Counted from the first letter of the stretch, positions 21,456-33,100 are shown. The stretch: 64,000 bases of DNA from an uncultured bacterium (GCA_965369655.1 CBDUQR010000001.1:220217-284216); one strand, 5' to 3'. The notes: generated by a model from the sequence alone, not told the origin. Numbers and translations: made by a program.

Positions 21456-21551
21456 TATCTAAACGGGCGCAGCCTGAGCATAGAGCCGGATAATGATTAT
21501 CGCCAGGAAATTCATCGTCACGAACAGGAATAATCCCGAGTAGTTTCTTGT

Positions 21552-21578
21552 TCAGAATATCTCGCGAGCTCCCGATAA
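21552..21578 (+). promoter_or_regulatory. Sigma28-type promoter (weaker) for the response regulator genes
   Basis: TCAG-N15-CCCGATAA, 22 nt upstream of ATG 21601. Confidence 0.45.
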
Positions 21579-21600
21579 GAAGATACGGAGCAGTTGATAT

Positions 21601-22014
21601 ATGGCAGATACCAAACAGGTAAAGACAATCCTTATTGTCGATGACACGGCAGTCATTCGGAATCTGCTGACCGAGCTTCTCGAGTCGGATGGTTACGATA
21701 TCGTTTGTGCCAACGACGGTGTAGAGGCTCTGGATGTGATAAAATCGAAGCAGGTGGATCTGGTATTCTGTGACATCCACATGCCGAGGCGGAATGGTCT
21801 CGATACTCTGAAGAAATCGAGGGAGATCAGGCCGGATCTCTTGTTTGTGATGACTGACAGTCTCCCGGATGAGATGGCTAAAGCTGCTCAATCGATTGGG
21901 GCGATTACATGCATCAGCAAGCCATTCGACCTCGATGAAATTCGCAGCAGTGTCCGGCAGGCAGAAGCTCTCTATTCGAAAGGCCGGAATGTCGAACGAA
22001 TCACCTCACGGTAA
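21601..22014 (+). CDS. Single-domain response regulator (CheY-like)
   Basis: ILIVDD, DIHMPRRNG, KPF. Confidence 0.9.
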   Translation: MADTKQVKTILIVDDTAVIRNLLTELLESDGYDIVCANDGVEALDVIKSKQVDLVFCDIHMPRRNGLDTLKKSREIRPDLLFVMTDSLPDEMAKAAQSIGAITCISKPFDLDEIRSSVRQAEALYSKGRNVERITSR

Positions 22015-23653
22015 CACTCCCACCAAATTGCTCGTGGTCGACGACGAGGAAATCATCCTGAGCGTCGCCACAGACGTCCTCGAAGGTGAAGGCTATGTGG
22101 TCAAAACTGAGACTAATCCGCTCGAAGCTCTGAAGAGAGTCAAAGAGGAAACATTCGATTTCGTCCTGACCGATATCAGCATGCCGGAAATGAACGGCCT
22201 CGAAATGGTCAAGCAGATCAAGAAGATCGACGCGAATATCGGAGCGATTTTCATGACAGGCTATGCGAATCTCGAAACAGCCAAGGAGGCCATCAAGACA
22301 GGCGCCTATGATTATATTATGAAGCCGTTCGAGTTAGTCGAACTCAGAGCGGCCGTTACCAAGGCAGTCGAAAAAAGACGTGAGGAGATGTCAAAAACCG
22401 AGGGAGCTCGTCTCGACCGCCTCTCGGATCTGGTGGAAGTTCTCTACACCGTGGGCGACAAGAAGAGTCTGCTCAGATTGTCACTCGGACTGGCGTTGAT
22501 TAATTCCGGTCTGACCACCGGATTCATGTCGTGCTGGGATAGCAAGTCGGAAGTTCTGGACCTGATCTGGACGGACAATGTCAAAGAAAGCGACTTCAGA
22601 GAGATTTCGGCATACCTCGGAGCTGATGCCGCAAGAGATTGTTTTGATTTCGTCACCCCGCTGCGGATTGGTGATCTGGCCGAACATCCATTCGTCACGA
22701 AGTTGCAGCATATCATCCCGGAATCCAACAGCCTGATTCAATACTTCGATTCAAAGAAGGGCAGCACCACGCTGAGAGTGATACATCGCGATGAATTCCT
22801 GATGACTCTCTGCACACAGAATGAGTCGGCTGAAGTGCCCTTTTCGGATGGAGACCTGAAACTTCTGAATCTTGTGTTGAATATGGCAATGGTGGTCGTG
22901 GAAAATGTCCTTCTGCTGAGAGAATCGCAGGCAGCCCTTGCGGAACTGGCGACCATTCACGATCAGATCGTCAATCTCGAACGTGTCGCGGCGCAGGGCA
23001 TCATGTCTGCCGAGATCGGGCATGAATTGAACAACTACCTGAACATAGTCCAGTCCAACTTCGAACTGCTAAAACTGAAAGCAAAGATCACAAACTCTGA
23101 TGATGTCGACAAGTATGTACGAGGGATAGAGGAAAGTCTTGAACAGATGACCAGGTTCACGACCGGTCTGGTTGATTCCGCCAAGCTCAAGTCTGAGAAA
23201 ACTGAATTCGACCTTGATGATCTGATCGAAGACATAGTTTCTTTCCTGTCACCTCAGAAAAAATACCGCCAGATCAAATTGATTCACGACAAGAGCGGCA
23301 ATCTGCCGAAGATGACAGCGGACGTGCAGCAGTTGCAGCAACTGTTCTACAATCTGCTGAACAATGCCGCTGAATCATTTCCGGAGGACTTCGAAGAACA
23401 GCGGCAGATTTCAATAACTACTCAACTCTCCGGCTCCGATGTAAAAATCGATGTGGTAGACAATGGAAGCGGTATACCTAAGCGCCTTCAGAAAACAATG
23501 TTCTCCGACCGGTTTACCACGAAGACGAGCGGCCATGGTTTTGGACTCCTGGTGTGCAAGAAAGTTGTGGAAAGCCACAACGGACAGATTGCAGTCGAGT
23601 CGACCGAAGGCCGGGGGACAGTGTTCCATATCACGTTCCCGACATCAGGCTGA
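21989..23653 (+). CDS. Hybrid receiver / GAF-like / histidine kinase protein
   Basis: Start refined to ATG 21989. LLVVDDE..DISMP..KPF, HELNN H-box, NLLNNA, DNGSG, GHGFGL. Confidence 0.88.
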   Translation: MSNESPHGNTPTKLLVVDDEEIILSVATDVLEGEGYVVKTETNPLEALKRVKEETFDFVLTDISMPEMNGLEMVKQIKKIDANIGAIFMTGYANLETAKEAIKTGAYDYIMKPFELVELRAAVTKAVEKRREEMSKTEGARLDRLSDLVEVLYTVGDKKSLLRLSLGLALINSGLTTGFMSCWDSKSEVLDLIWTDNVKESDFREISAYLGADAARDCFDFVTPLRIGDLAEHPFVTKLQHIIPESNSLIQYFDSKKGSTTLRVIHRDEFLMTLCTQNESAEVPFSDGDLKLLNLVLNMAMVVVENVLLLRESQAALAELATIHDQIVNLERVAAQGIMSAEIGHELNNYLNIVQSNFELLKLKAKITNSDDVDKYVRGIEESLEQMTRFTTGLVDSAKLKSEKTEFDLDDLIEDIVSFLSPQKKYRQIKLIHDKSGNLPKMTADVQQLQQLFYNLLNNAAESFPEDFEEQRQISITTQLSGSDVKIDVVDNGSGIPKRLQKTMFSDRFTTKTSGHGFGLLVCKKVVESHNGQIAVESTEGRGTVFHITFPTSG

Positions 23654-23654
23654 C

Positions 23655-26405
23655 TCAGTCGGATTCCACACAGCCATATCCCGGCGGATCGCCATCGAGA
23701 TAGATGTAGGCGAACAGATAGACCACATCTCGCAAGTCGAAGATGCAGTCTGCATTGACGTCGAGTCGATTCACATCATCTGGCAGCGGCATCGATGAAT
23801 ACAACATCCCGATCATCAGCACCGCATCGAGAAGTGTGTGCTGCATGTCGTCGTCCAGATCACCGGCGCCGCTCCTCGTAATTCCAAACTGGTCGGCTGC
23901 ATGATTGAGAATCCTCCTGCCGGAATCAATTTCGAGATTGTATAGCGGGAAGTTCAGATAGGCGAGTCTTGACTCTCCGATTTCGGCATATATACCACAC
24001 GGCTTGTTGTGGAAAGCGGTGTCTGCATCAACTGCCTGATACAAGTATATCGGCACAGCGATTTCAGGGTCATAGTCGAGCGCAGACATGCTCCGAAGAA
24101 ACTCACTGTTTCCATAGCCATTCCATTCCGAGTTGATTGAATTATCGAGTATTGCATCCGGCCAGCCCTCGATTCCATCTGCGGATGCGAAGTCAAATTC
24201 CAGTGACAGCGTGTTTCCGAGTAACCCAAGAAGTCCGCCTAGCTTCCCGACAAGCTTGGGACCCATCAGCAGGATGTTGCCGCCACCCTCTTTGAACCAT
24301 TTCAACTCGCTCATCGTGGGGGCCACAGTTACGATCGCATCTGCTATCCAGAAAACCGACCTGTATTGTCCGATCTCTTCCATGTGGAGGACGAATGAGT
24401 CACCCGGTGCCACGATGAATTCGTTATGTGGGATGTCGGCCAGCATCGAGCGATACCGAGGCATTACAATTGATGTGTCGAATCCCCAATCTCTCTCCAG
24501 TACGACCAGCAGATTGCGGTTGAAAAATACGCCCCTACTGGAAGCAACATCCGTTGCAGCAGACTGAAGATTATCCTCGTCGACCGCTTTGACAAAGTAA
24601 TCGTAGTAGCTTTCCTGCAATACAAGTTCGTCTGTCCATGCTGTGTCTGCGATTTCTGCTACCAGTGAGAAATCACCCAGATTGGCGAATGATCGGAACA
24701 CCCGGTATGAAGTCACATCAGGATGAATTGATGCAGGCCAGTCAAGATGTATCGACCTAAGCTGTGGAGCAGCTATCAGTGTATCCGGAGCAAATGGTAT
24801 TGAGTAGGGAACGCCTGATTCCTCAACTTGCACGATGCTGAAAAGCGTGTCATCAATTACCGCCGTAACTGCGATGAAGTATTTGGTTCCCTCGGTCAGT
24901 CCGGTCACTTCAGTTGATGTTGATCCCTTCTGGACCATGTGGTAGCTGGTATAGTGACCTGATGATGTTCCAACAAAGATCTTATATTCAAAATCGCGAG
25001 AATCCTCAGGCTCATCCCATTCGACGAGAAGCCGATCGCCCTTGCCGGCATCAGTAATCACGACATTCTTGATATTCGGCGGCGAAACCGCGATCCTGTA
25101 TGTCGCCGCTGCAGATCCTCTGACGATCTCTGTCATGTATTCGAAATCGAGGAAATCGGCGATGTCTAATATTGTGTGGTAGTGCATCGAGAAATTCTGC
25201 TCATGGATGAACAGTGCGGGCCAATACCGTTGGAATGGTGCATGATCTGAGCGTCCAGAGTTGCCGACATTCACGTTTCCAGAAAGAGAGGTATGCGTAT
25301 TCATTTCGCTGGAGATAACATCAGCATACGGTTTCGAAGCCAGCGTATTGTAAATTTTAACTGTCGAATTCGTAGGCAGGTTGTTGCCGATCATATCCGC
25401 GTTAATCATAACTTCAATATTCTGGTCGAGATGACTGTTCACATATGCTTTACTCCCTATCAGCCCTTGTTCTTCCGCTGCAAAGCAAATAAATCTAACT
25501 GTCTTGGGTGTTTCGAACTGCTGAAGAACCCTTGCGATTTCAAGACAAAATGCTGTTCCACTCGCGTTGTCATCTGCGCCCGGTGCCAGACCTAATGAAT
25601 CCAGTAAACTTCTTGCTCTGCAATCATAGTGAGCGCCGACAATAATATAAATATCGGGTGCTAATGTACCTAAATGGGATGCTACTACATTATGACCGTA
25701 ATCACCATATTGTGTAGGCTGTCCGTGAAGGAAGGAATCCAGTGTCACTTCATATCCGAAAGAGCTGAATTTCTCCATCAGCCAGTTACGAGCATTAATG
25801 ACAAGATTTGACATCGTGTTTCTGGAATAGAAACCCTCCAGCCTCCGCACATAAGCCTCAACACTATCTTTTGATACCAGACTCACGAGCGAATCGATCA
25901 GGTCGAGATTTGGATAAGACACATCAGGATGAACGTCAGGATAATATCGGACCGGAACGTCCCTCGATGGCAACGACAGCGTCCAGAGTTCATCGCGGAA
26001 TCCTACCTGTGGGATGTCTGTCTTCCTGACGAGTACATACGAACCGAACACAATCCGATCAGTCATTCCAAGACTCATGGAACGTACGGCATGTTCGACA
26101 TCGGGATTCTCTGACGTCACGATCACCCAATCATCAGGATTGAACTCATGATGCATCAAGTCGATCTCGATGCCAGCAGCGCGAATCCTCTCTATGGATT
26201 CGGCTCTACCTGAAACGAGATACTCATTCCCCTCGGCGAGAATGCCTCTCACTCCGGATGAATTGACCAGTCGGGCATCCGCGTAGCTCGATATGCTGAT
26301 CCGATAGAGCGGCTCGGCACTCTCCGTTAGTCCGGCAACTGCCACGAGCGGGAACAGGACTGAATAGATCAGTCCGATGACAATATGTTTCATTATTGCT
26401 TTCAT
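23655..26405 (-). CDS. Secreted M28-family metallopeptidase with FN3 domains and C-terminal dockerin
   Basis: IIVGAHYD, PGADDNASG, AEEQGLIGS, NADMIG, SDHAPF, HYHT. C-terminal GDLDDD..LLDAV / DVNADCIFDLRDVVYL. Confidence 0.88.
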   Translation of the reverse strand: MKAIMKHIVIGLIYSVLFPLVAVAGLTESAEPLYRISISSYADARLVNSSGVRGILAEGNEYLVSGRAESIERIRAAGIEIDLMHHEFNPDDWVIVTSENPDVEHAVRSMSLGMTDRIVFGSYVLVRKTDIPQVGFRDELWTLSLPSRDVPVRYYPDVHPDVSYPNLDLIDSLVSLVSKDSVEAYVRRLEGFYSRNTMSNLVINARNWLMEKFSSFGYEVTLDSFLHGQPTQYGDYGHNVVASHLGTLAPDIYIIVGAHYDCRARSLLDSLGLAPGADDNASGTAFCLEIARVLQQFETPKTVRFICFAAEEQGLIGSKAYVNSHLDQNIEVMINADMIGNNLPTNSTVKIYNTLASKPYADVISSEMNTHTSLSGNVNVGNSGRSDHAPFQRYWPALFIHEQNFSMHYHTILDIADFLDFEYMTEIVRGSAAATYRIAVSPPNIKNVVITDAGKGDRLLVEWDEPEDSRDFEYKIFVGTSSGHYTSYHMVQKGSTSTEVTGLTEGTKYFIAVTAVIDDTLFSIVQVEESGVPYSIPFAPDTLIAAPQLRSIHLDWPASIHPDVTSYRVFRSFANLGDFSLVAEIADTAWTDELVLQESYYDYFVKAVDEDNLQSAATDVASSRGVFFNRNLLVVLERDWGFDTSIVMPRYRSMLADIPHNEFIVAPGDSFVLHMEEIGQYRSVFWIADAIVTVAPTMSELKWFKEGGGNILLMGPKLVGKLGGLLGLLGNTLSLEFDFASADGIEGWPDAILDNSINSEWNGYGNSEFLRSMSALDYDPEIAVPIYLYQAVDADTAFHNKPCGIYAEIGESRLAYLNFPLYNLEIDSGRRILNHAADQFGITRSGAGDLDDDMQHTLLDAVLMIGMLYSSMPLPDDVNRLDVNADCIFDLRDVVYLFAYIYLDGDPPGYGCVESD

Positions 26406-26429
26406 ATATTAAACCTCACTTTCTTTGGG

Positions 26430-26451
26430 CGGCAGATGTGGACATCTGCCG
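26430..26451. promoter_or_regulatory. Perfect inverted repeat upstream of the M28 peptidase (possible operator)
   Basis: CGGCAGATGT-gg-ACATCTGCCG. Confidence 0.35.
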
Positions 26452-26703
26452 GGCACATAATGAGAAGACGGGACAACTCAACGTTTGTCAATTTACAGAT
26501 TCAATCTAACACAAGTTACCGTTATGGGCAATAAGCCATATGTCCGTGCATGTCACTCTCTTACTCGTAGCGCTCATTAGAATCAACGCGAATTGCCGCG
26601 CGGCGTTCCATATCAGAGATCGGCAATCGATATCGTCATTTTCGACATCCGCGATGCACGAAATGACTTGATTTCGTGGCTCAGTCTCGCTTAATAGTAT
26701 GAT

Positions 26704-28056
26704 ATGTTTCTCCGACGTACATTCTTCGTGACTCAATGCCTGTTCCTGATGGGAGTCTTACTGCTGTCGGGCGTTTCTCATGCCTCGATGGATATCGGGC
26801 TCGACGTCGAAAGAACTGTCCTTCCGAACGGTTTGACCGTCCTGACCTGTGTCGACACGACAGCATCGACTGTCTCCTATCAGACATTCATCAACGCAGG
26901 TTCCCGCGACGAGACCAGGGCCGGAGCGACTGGAATAGCCCATGTTTTTGAGCACATGATGTTTCGCGGGACCGAGAAATATCCGAGCTTCAGCGATGCT
27001 GTGGCGCCTATGGGCGCGCAGACCAACGCCTACACATCGGAAGATTATACCTGCTATTACGTGAACGCCAAAGCCGGGTTCCTCGAGAGAATCATCCAAA
27101 TCGAATCGGATCGAGTCAGGAACCTGAGATTCACGCGCGATGCCTTCCGGCGCGAACTCGGACCGGTCAGAGAGGAGCGCAGGAGAGGGGTCGATGATGA
27201 TCCCGGCGGATACCTGCATCAGGAACTCTATCGGCTCGCATTCCGCAAGCATACGTATCATCACCCGGTGATCGGCTGGGAGCGGGATCTCGAAAAGACT
27301 CTTCGCTACGAGGACGCGTATGACTTCAAGAGGATTTTCTACGCGCCGAACTACTGCATGATCGTGATCTGCGGTAATTTCGATCCTGACAAGGCTGGAG
27401 AGTTGATACTTGAACACTACGGCGACTGGAAACAATCACTACCGCCGACATCGCGCGTCAGGAATGAACCGGTGCAGAAAAAACCGCGCAGGCGCGACCT
27501 CGAATTCAAGGATACTCATACGCCGAATAAGATGCTGATCGGATACAAGGCGCCTGATCTGAATCTGGATTCGCCCGACCTGGTTGCGCTGCAAGCGCTC
27601 GACAACATTCTGTTCTCCAGAACGGGACGGTTGTATCGAAAGCTGAAACTGGAATTGGATCTCGTCCAGTCGGTGAGGGGGGAGATCGACGGCAGGAAAG
27701 ACCCATGTTTGTTCGTGATAGATGCCACACTCAAGTCTGATATTGCATTCGATTCGGTCGTTGCCGTCGTGAGAGGCGAGATCGCAACCCTCGCAAACCA
27801 GCCGGTTTCGGAAGCCGAACTGACAAGGGCGGTCAATCCGATGAAGTCGAGATTTCTTCGAAGACTCAGCACTCCGTTTCGCGTGGGTGGCATGCTCGGA
27901 TACTATCATCTCGTGGGGGGCGATTACCGGATGCTGTTCCAGCATTATGATATGCTCGGCACGATCAGCACCGACGACATCAGGAACGCGGTCGAAACAT
28001 ATCTTACGCCGTCGAACTCCACTATCGTAACTCTCTCACCCTTGTCGGAGAATTGA
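26704..28056 (+). CDS. M16B zinc peptidase, catalytic subunit
   Basis: GSRDE..GIAHVFEHMMFRGT (HxxEH), NAYTS.D.T.Y. Confidence 0.92.
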   Translation: MFLRRTFFVTQCLFLMGVLLLSGVSHASMDIGLDVERTVLPNGLTVLTCVDTTASTVSYQTFINAGSRDETRAGATGIAHVFEHMMFRGTEKYPSFSDAVAPMGAQTNAYTSEDYTCYYVNAKAGFLERIIQIESDRVRNLRFTRDAFRRELGPVREERRRGVDDDPGGYLHQELYRLAFRKHTYHHPVIGWERDLEKTLRYEDAYDFKRIFYAPNYCMIVICGNFDPDKAGELILEHYGDWKQSLPPTSRVRNEPVQKKPRRRDLEFKDTHTPNKMLIGYKAPDLNLDSPDLVALQALDNILFSRTGRLYRKLKLELDLVQSVRGEIDGRKDPCLFVIDATLKSDIAFDSVVAVVRGEIATLANQPVSEAELTRAVNPMKSRFLRRLSTPFRVGGMLGYYHLVGGDYRMLFQHYDMLGTISTDDIRNAVETYLTPSNSTIVTLSPLSEN

Positions 28057-28060
28057 CTGT

Positions 28061-29557
28061 ATGCTCTTTGTGCGTATCTCGACCGCTGCGATGATCCTTC
28101 TGTTTCTGGCATGTTCGCCCGGAGATACACCGAAGGATCAGCAACCGGGCACTCTGGTTGAGTTCAAGAAACCGGGCATACCACTGATCGACATCCAGGT
28201 ACTCGTGAAATCCGGTTCCGTCGATGATCCGGTCGGGAAAGAAGGACTTGCGCGTTTTACCGCGAACCTGATGATGCGGGGAGCGGGTGATCGGACTCGC
28301 GAGGAAATCGACATTGAATTGCAGGAGCTCGGGTCCGAGATCAGTGTCCGCGTCGACAGGGAGACCATTCTGTTTAGCTGCCAGTCGCTGAAAGAGAACA
28401 TCGCTCGAACGTATGAGATACTCTCCGATATTCTCCTGCGCCCGACGTTTCCGGAGCAGGAAATTGCGTTGCTTGTATCTGAGCAAGTCGATGACATAGA
28501 TGAAATCGTACGTGATGACGCCGAACTGGCGCTAGCTGTCTTTCAGCAGACGCTCTATTCCGGGCATCGGTACGCTCACCCGACGGCGGGGCTGAGGTCG
28601 TCTGTTGAATCGTTCACTTCCGAAGATTGTGATTCGTTCTATCAGACGCATTTCGATCTGAACAACATTATCATCGGCATAGCAGGCGACTACCCTGACG
28701 GTTTCGCCGACTCGATCAGTTCCGATTTCGGCATATTGTCCGCCGTATCGGTTGAAGAGACGCATCAGCCAGTGGCGCCTGTAAAGGGCCGCAAAGTCGT
28801 TCTTGTCGAGAAAGAGAACAGGGCGCAGACTCATTTTCGCATAGGCAACATCGTCGAATATGATCGCAACAGCAGCGATTACTACCCTCTGCTGGTTGCC
28901 GGAGCGTATCTCGGGCAGCACAGGCAGGCATTCGGGAGACTCTACCGGACGATCAGGTCCGAGCGGGGGCTGGCGTACGGGGCGTATGCATATCACGAGC
29001 ACTTCGATCAGTACAATTGGTCGAAGATGTCTGAACTGCTGATCCCGTGGAACCCGACGTATTTCTCGATCTGGACCTATCCCAAAGCGGTCAATGCTGA
29101 ATTCGCGATGAAACTCGCGGTGCTTGAATGGTCAAAGATTATCGATGGCTCTATAATCGAGAGCGACCTGGAGAAGACGAAGCAGTTCCTCGTCAATCAT
29201 TTCCCGTTCATCCATGAAATGCCTGAGCGCAGGCTGAGTATCGAAATCGAACAAATCTACTTCGATGATCCGCAGTTTTTGTTTGATTACGGGAACCGTA
29301 TATCAGGTGTGATTTCGGATGACATTCGATCCGCCGTATCTCGGCGCTGGTCCGCGGATAACTTTCTGCTCGTGGCTGTTGTCTCCGATGGCGAAAAGTT
29401 CAAATCGGAACTGCTGGATGACACGACATTCATCGAGTACCCATCCGGAACGACCAGCGACAACCTTGAGACTGCCGACGCGGAAGTCAGGGCTTATGAT
29501 CTGAAATTGACCGCAGACGATATCACGATCCTGAAAGCATCCGATCTATTCGAGTGA
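28061..29557 (+). CDS. M16B peptidase, non-catalytic partner (probable lipoprotein)
   Basis: No HxxEH (GLARFTANLMMRG), has R..RGLAY motif, lipobox-like FLAC. Confidence 0.85.
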   Translation: MLFVRISTAAMILLFLACSPGDTPKDQQPGTLVEFKKPGIPLIDIQVLVKSGSVDDPVGKEGLARFTANLMMRGAGDRTREEIDIELQELGSEISVRVDRETILFSCQSLKENIARTYEILSDILLRPTFPEQEIALLVSEQVDDIDEIVRDDAELALAVFQQTLYSGHRYAHPTAGLRSSVESFTSEDCDSFYQTHFDLNNIIIGIAGDYPDGFADSISSDFGILSAVSVEETHQPVAPVKGRKVVLVEKENRAQTHFRIGNIVEYDRNSSDYYPLLVAGAYLGQHRQAFGRLYRTIRSERGLAYGAYAYHEHFDQYNWSKMSELLIPWNPTYFSIWTYPKAVNAEFAMKLAVLEWSKIIDGSIIESDLEKTKQFLVNHFPFIHEMPERRLSIEIEQIYFDDPQFLFDYGNRISGVISDDIRSAVSRRWSADNFLLVAVVSDGEKFKSELLDDTTFIEYPSGTTSDNLETADAEVRAYDLKLTADDITILKASDLFE

Positions 29558-29568
29558 AGCTATAAGAT

Positions 29569-29961
29569 TCACTCGATCAGATTAGAATCGCCTGTGAGTT
29601 CGACAAGCGCCATAGCAATGGCGTGTTTTTCTGTGTGGGATATCGAGATAGCGATTTGGACTTCCGGGGTGATTCCGGACACCCTGTCTGATATATGGAC
29701 TACCGGCGCTCGCGACGCGTCGTCGAGTATCTCAATGTCTTTCCATGAATAACCTGAGACCCCGTACCTGTAGAGAGCTTTGTAGACAGCCTCTTTCGAT
29801 GCGATTCTCCCCGCCACCGATTGCAGAAAATTCGCCTTGGTCCTGCAGTATTGCTGCTCTTTGTCTGTAAGCAGGCGGTTGAGAAGCTTCTGCCCCCACC
29901 GTGCATACGACCCCCGCAACTTCTCGATGTCTATTATGTCTGTACCGACTGATAATCTCAT
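29569..29961 (-). CDS. acpS: Holo-ACP synthase
   Basis: GTDII, AGRIASKEAVYKAL, ISISH. Confidence 0.92.
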   Translation of the reverse strand: MRLSVGTDIIDIEKLRGSYARWGQKLLNRLLTDKEQQYCRTKANFLQSVAGRIASKEAVYKALYRYGVSGYSWKDIEILDDASRAPVVHISDRVSGITPEVQIAISISHTEKHAIAMALVELTGDSNLIE

Positions 29962-30029
29962 GGCATTGCCTTCTGACTTGTTATCAATATAGCCCTGTTC
30001 TGCTTATTCCGGCAAGAAGTATTGGGCGG

Positions 30030-30081
30030 CGTCATTCCCGCGAAGGCTCTTCGCTATGCTCAGGATATCACGGGAATCCAG
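30030..30081. repeat. CGTC-type palindromic repeat (ATTCCC..GGGAAT) interrupted by a short insert
   Basis: CGTCATTCCCGCGAAGGC[tcttcgctatgctcaggatatcac]GGGAATCCAG. Confidence 0.6.
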
Positions 30082-30085
30082 TCTT

Positions 30086-30150
30086 GTAGGGCAGCGACCC
30101 GCGAAGTCCTGAGCCCTGAGAAGGGAAGCGCAGCGGAGTGGTCCTGCCAC
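30086..30150. repeat. GTAG-type REP copy with internal insert
   Basis: GTAGGGCAG..CCCG[..]AAGCGCAGCGGAGTGGTCCTGCCA. The flank CCAGTCTTGTAGGG is the reverse complement of 6734-6747. Confidence 0.65.
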
Positions 30151-30163
30151 TTGGCTGTGAATC

Positions 30164-33100
30164 TCAATTGATTGGCCAGCCGCCTTGATTCTCTATGGCT
30201 TCATCTATTTCGGCCATCAGCCGGATCGTCTCCGAAAGTGCTGATACGATATGCTGGTAGTGATCCAGGTCATCGCAGCTTAAGTTGCGCCTCTTACGGT
30301 CTTTGAGCCACTTCTGACAGACCTGATAACCACCGATATGAAACTCCCAAACTTCCGGAGCTACGCCTTCAAAAAACTGCTCTTTGTTGATCCAGACACG
30401 ACCCAGAGGATTCTTGGCACCCGGCTCGGAGTAGCGAATCTTCTCGACGAGATGATCGCCGTCTACGGGGTAAGCCGTCAGGTTCGGACCGTGTTTCTCC
30501 ATAAGATGGAGACCGACCAGTTCCTCGCCCAGGGCGCACAGATTGCGGAACAACCTCTCCTTAGACGTCAGTGGAATGCGCGGGAAATCAATCTTGAGAA
30601 ACTCGGCGTAGCGGCTGCGGTAGGTTGGGGAATGAAGAACAGCATAGATGTAGTCGAAGACATCCTCCGGACCAAATGTCTTTTTCAGATCACCTTTACC
30701 GTCTGGGATAAATGTCATTCTGAGTCCCTTCGCACAGTCTTCCATGAACTCTGCGCTTAAGTTGGATCGGCGCGCACCCTGTGCATTAGTTGACGAATCA
30801 CCGTCGAACAGGTCATGCTTCTTGTGCGCAAGACACCTGTAAAGGGGAAACTGAAAGCTGTTGCCCCCACCGGCAGACTTATTTGCCGCAACACATTGGT
30901 CCCCAATCATTCTAGTACAGTAGGCAAATGTGAAATCTCTGGGTGACTGAGGGCGATGAGTAAGTAAGGCTAGATTCCCGGGAACCATATGACCCAGGAC
31001 ATCTTGACGTAACCGTTCGCATACAGCCTTATGATAGAGCACATATCGGAAATCAAATGGCCTGTAGCACAACGGCTTGATGAAATTCTCGATGTCATCC
31101 GCCTCACGCAGTTCATCGCGGGCTGAGCTTAGTTTCCAGTACGAGACATCTCTGAGACCGTACTCACTTCTCAACCAATCATCGTTGATCGACTCACTTA
31201 CCAAATCACTGGCCCTGTGCATTAACGTCTCCGGCTCATATGCTATCGAGAAGCGATTTCTGGCCGTAGTCATCGTGCTTCCGGAAAGGCTGAACACATT
31301 CGTTATTAACCAGCATCGATCATATTCGGGTCTAAGGTTCTCATCCTGCGGAATGAAGAGATAGTGTGGGTGCGACGGACTCAGAGTGAGCCAGTCGGTG
31401 TTCTGCACATTCTCACTCACGAGTTGTCCATATTTCTGTTCTCGTAGACCCCACATGCTGCCGTAGTTCACCTTGATTGATTTCTTTCTGTCTTCTCCCG
31501 TGACGAAGATACCTACGGCAACACCCTGCTGAATATCAAAGACGTTCTCATCCTTCGACCCATCCGGGCAGATCTCTTTCTTCTTCGTGTTGCCATGTAA
31601 GTCGAGTACGTGTATCCGGTCAAAAGTCGTAAGCAAACTCTGACGCATTCCGCGAAACGTTGGGTTATCCAAATAAGAGTGATTTGAGATGAAAGCGAGA
31701 ATTCCGTAGCCGGTTTTTTCTATTCGCCACTGTGCAAATCGGATGAACTTCACATAATCATCGTTCAGCCATTTCGGATTGCGTTCTCCAAGCGGCTTAC
31801 CATCTACCTCGAAGTAGTTGGCTGTTGATTCCCCCGTCATCGTGTCTTTGCCCCGGAGCAACCTGCTTATCCATTCGCCCTTGTTGGCAGAATGCCCCGA
31901 ATACGGCGGATTGCCCAAAATGACCATAACCGGGGCTTCTGACTTGATCTCGACAGCCTGATTAGCCTCTTCCGCAATAATGTCTGCAAAAGGAACGCCG
32001 ATCTGCTTGTCCCTGGCTTTCTCCAAGGTATTAGTCAAGTACACACGTAATCGCTCGCCCGATTTGAAATCGTATCCAAGTTCTTTCAACTGCAGTCCGA
32101 GCTTCATATGTGCCACCGCGTATGGCGCCATGAGGAGTTCAAATCCAAAAAGACGCGGCAACAGATGTTCGGAAACATAGCTCGACCACGTACCTTTCTG
32201 TCCCTTGCTTACGAGATGTTCGTGGATATGATCGATCACGCCATGAAGGAATGTGCCGGTGCCTACAGCAGGGTCGAGGATCAGAACCTTGTGACATTCG
32301 CCAACTTTTTTTCGTAGGGGCTTGCCGTTCTTGTTCTTTTCAGTTTTATATACGGGAATCTTGGACGTATCTGCGAGTCCGTCCTCTATCCCGAAATCAG
32401 TCTTCAGAATGTGGTCTATGCTCCGGACGATATAGGAAACCACAGGTTCGGGAGTGTAGTAGACGCCGCGGGCTTTGCGCATTTTCGGATCGTATGCTGC
32501 AAGGAATGTCTCATAGAAGTGAACTACCGGATCCTCCCGTCGCGTGCGCTGGCCGAAGTCCTTGAGGATTGCGTGCAGGTCAGCTCGATTCAGCAATTCA
32601 ACAAGATGGTCAACCGCCCAGACCAGGCGTTCGTCCAGACGACGACCGGCGATATAATCAAACATCTCAATGAGGAAGGGGTTGGTTTTCGGAAGAGCGT
32701 AAACGGCATCCTTGCGTCGAAAGGACTTGGATTCAGGATGGTTGCATTTGGCCGAAAACAGACCATAGCAAATTGTCTGTGCGTACATATCGGCAAACTG
32801 ATCGGGCTTGAGATCGTGGAGCAGAACCTCGCGGAAACCCTCCAACTGGCTGTGAAGCGATCCTCCCTTATCTTCATCACCGAATGCCTCAATAATGGTG
32901 CTCTTGAGGATTTTCGCCAAACCCGCCATTCGCTTTGCAAGTTCCTTCGGATCGCTTACAGTGGAAACACGTGTAACAAGGAATTCATTCATTAGATCAA
33001 AGAACTGTTCGATGCCACTTTTATCCTCGCGCAACTTTCTGTCCGCAGTTACCGATGCAATTCTGGCCGTCAGCCTGTGCTTGCCACCCTCAAACCAGCG

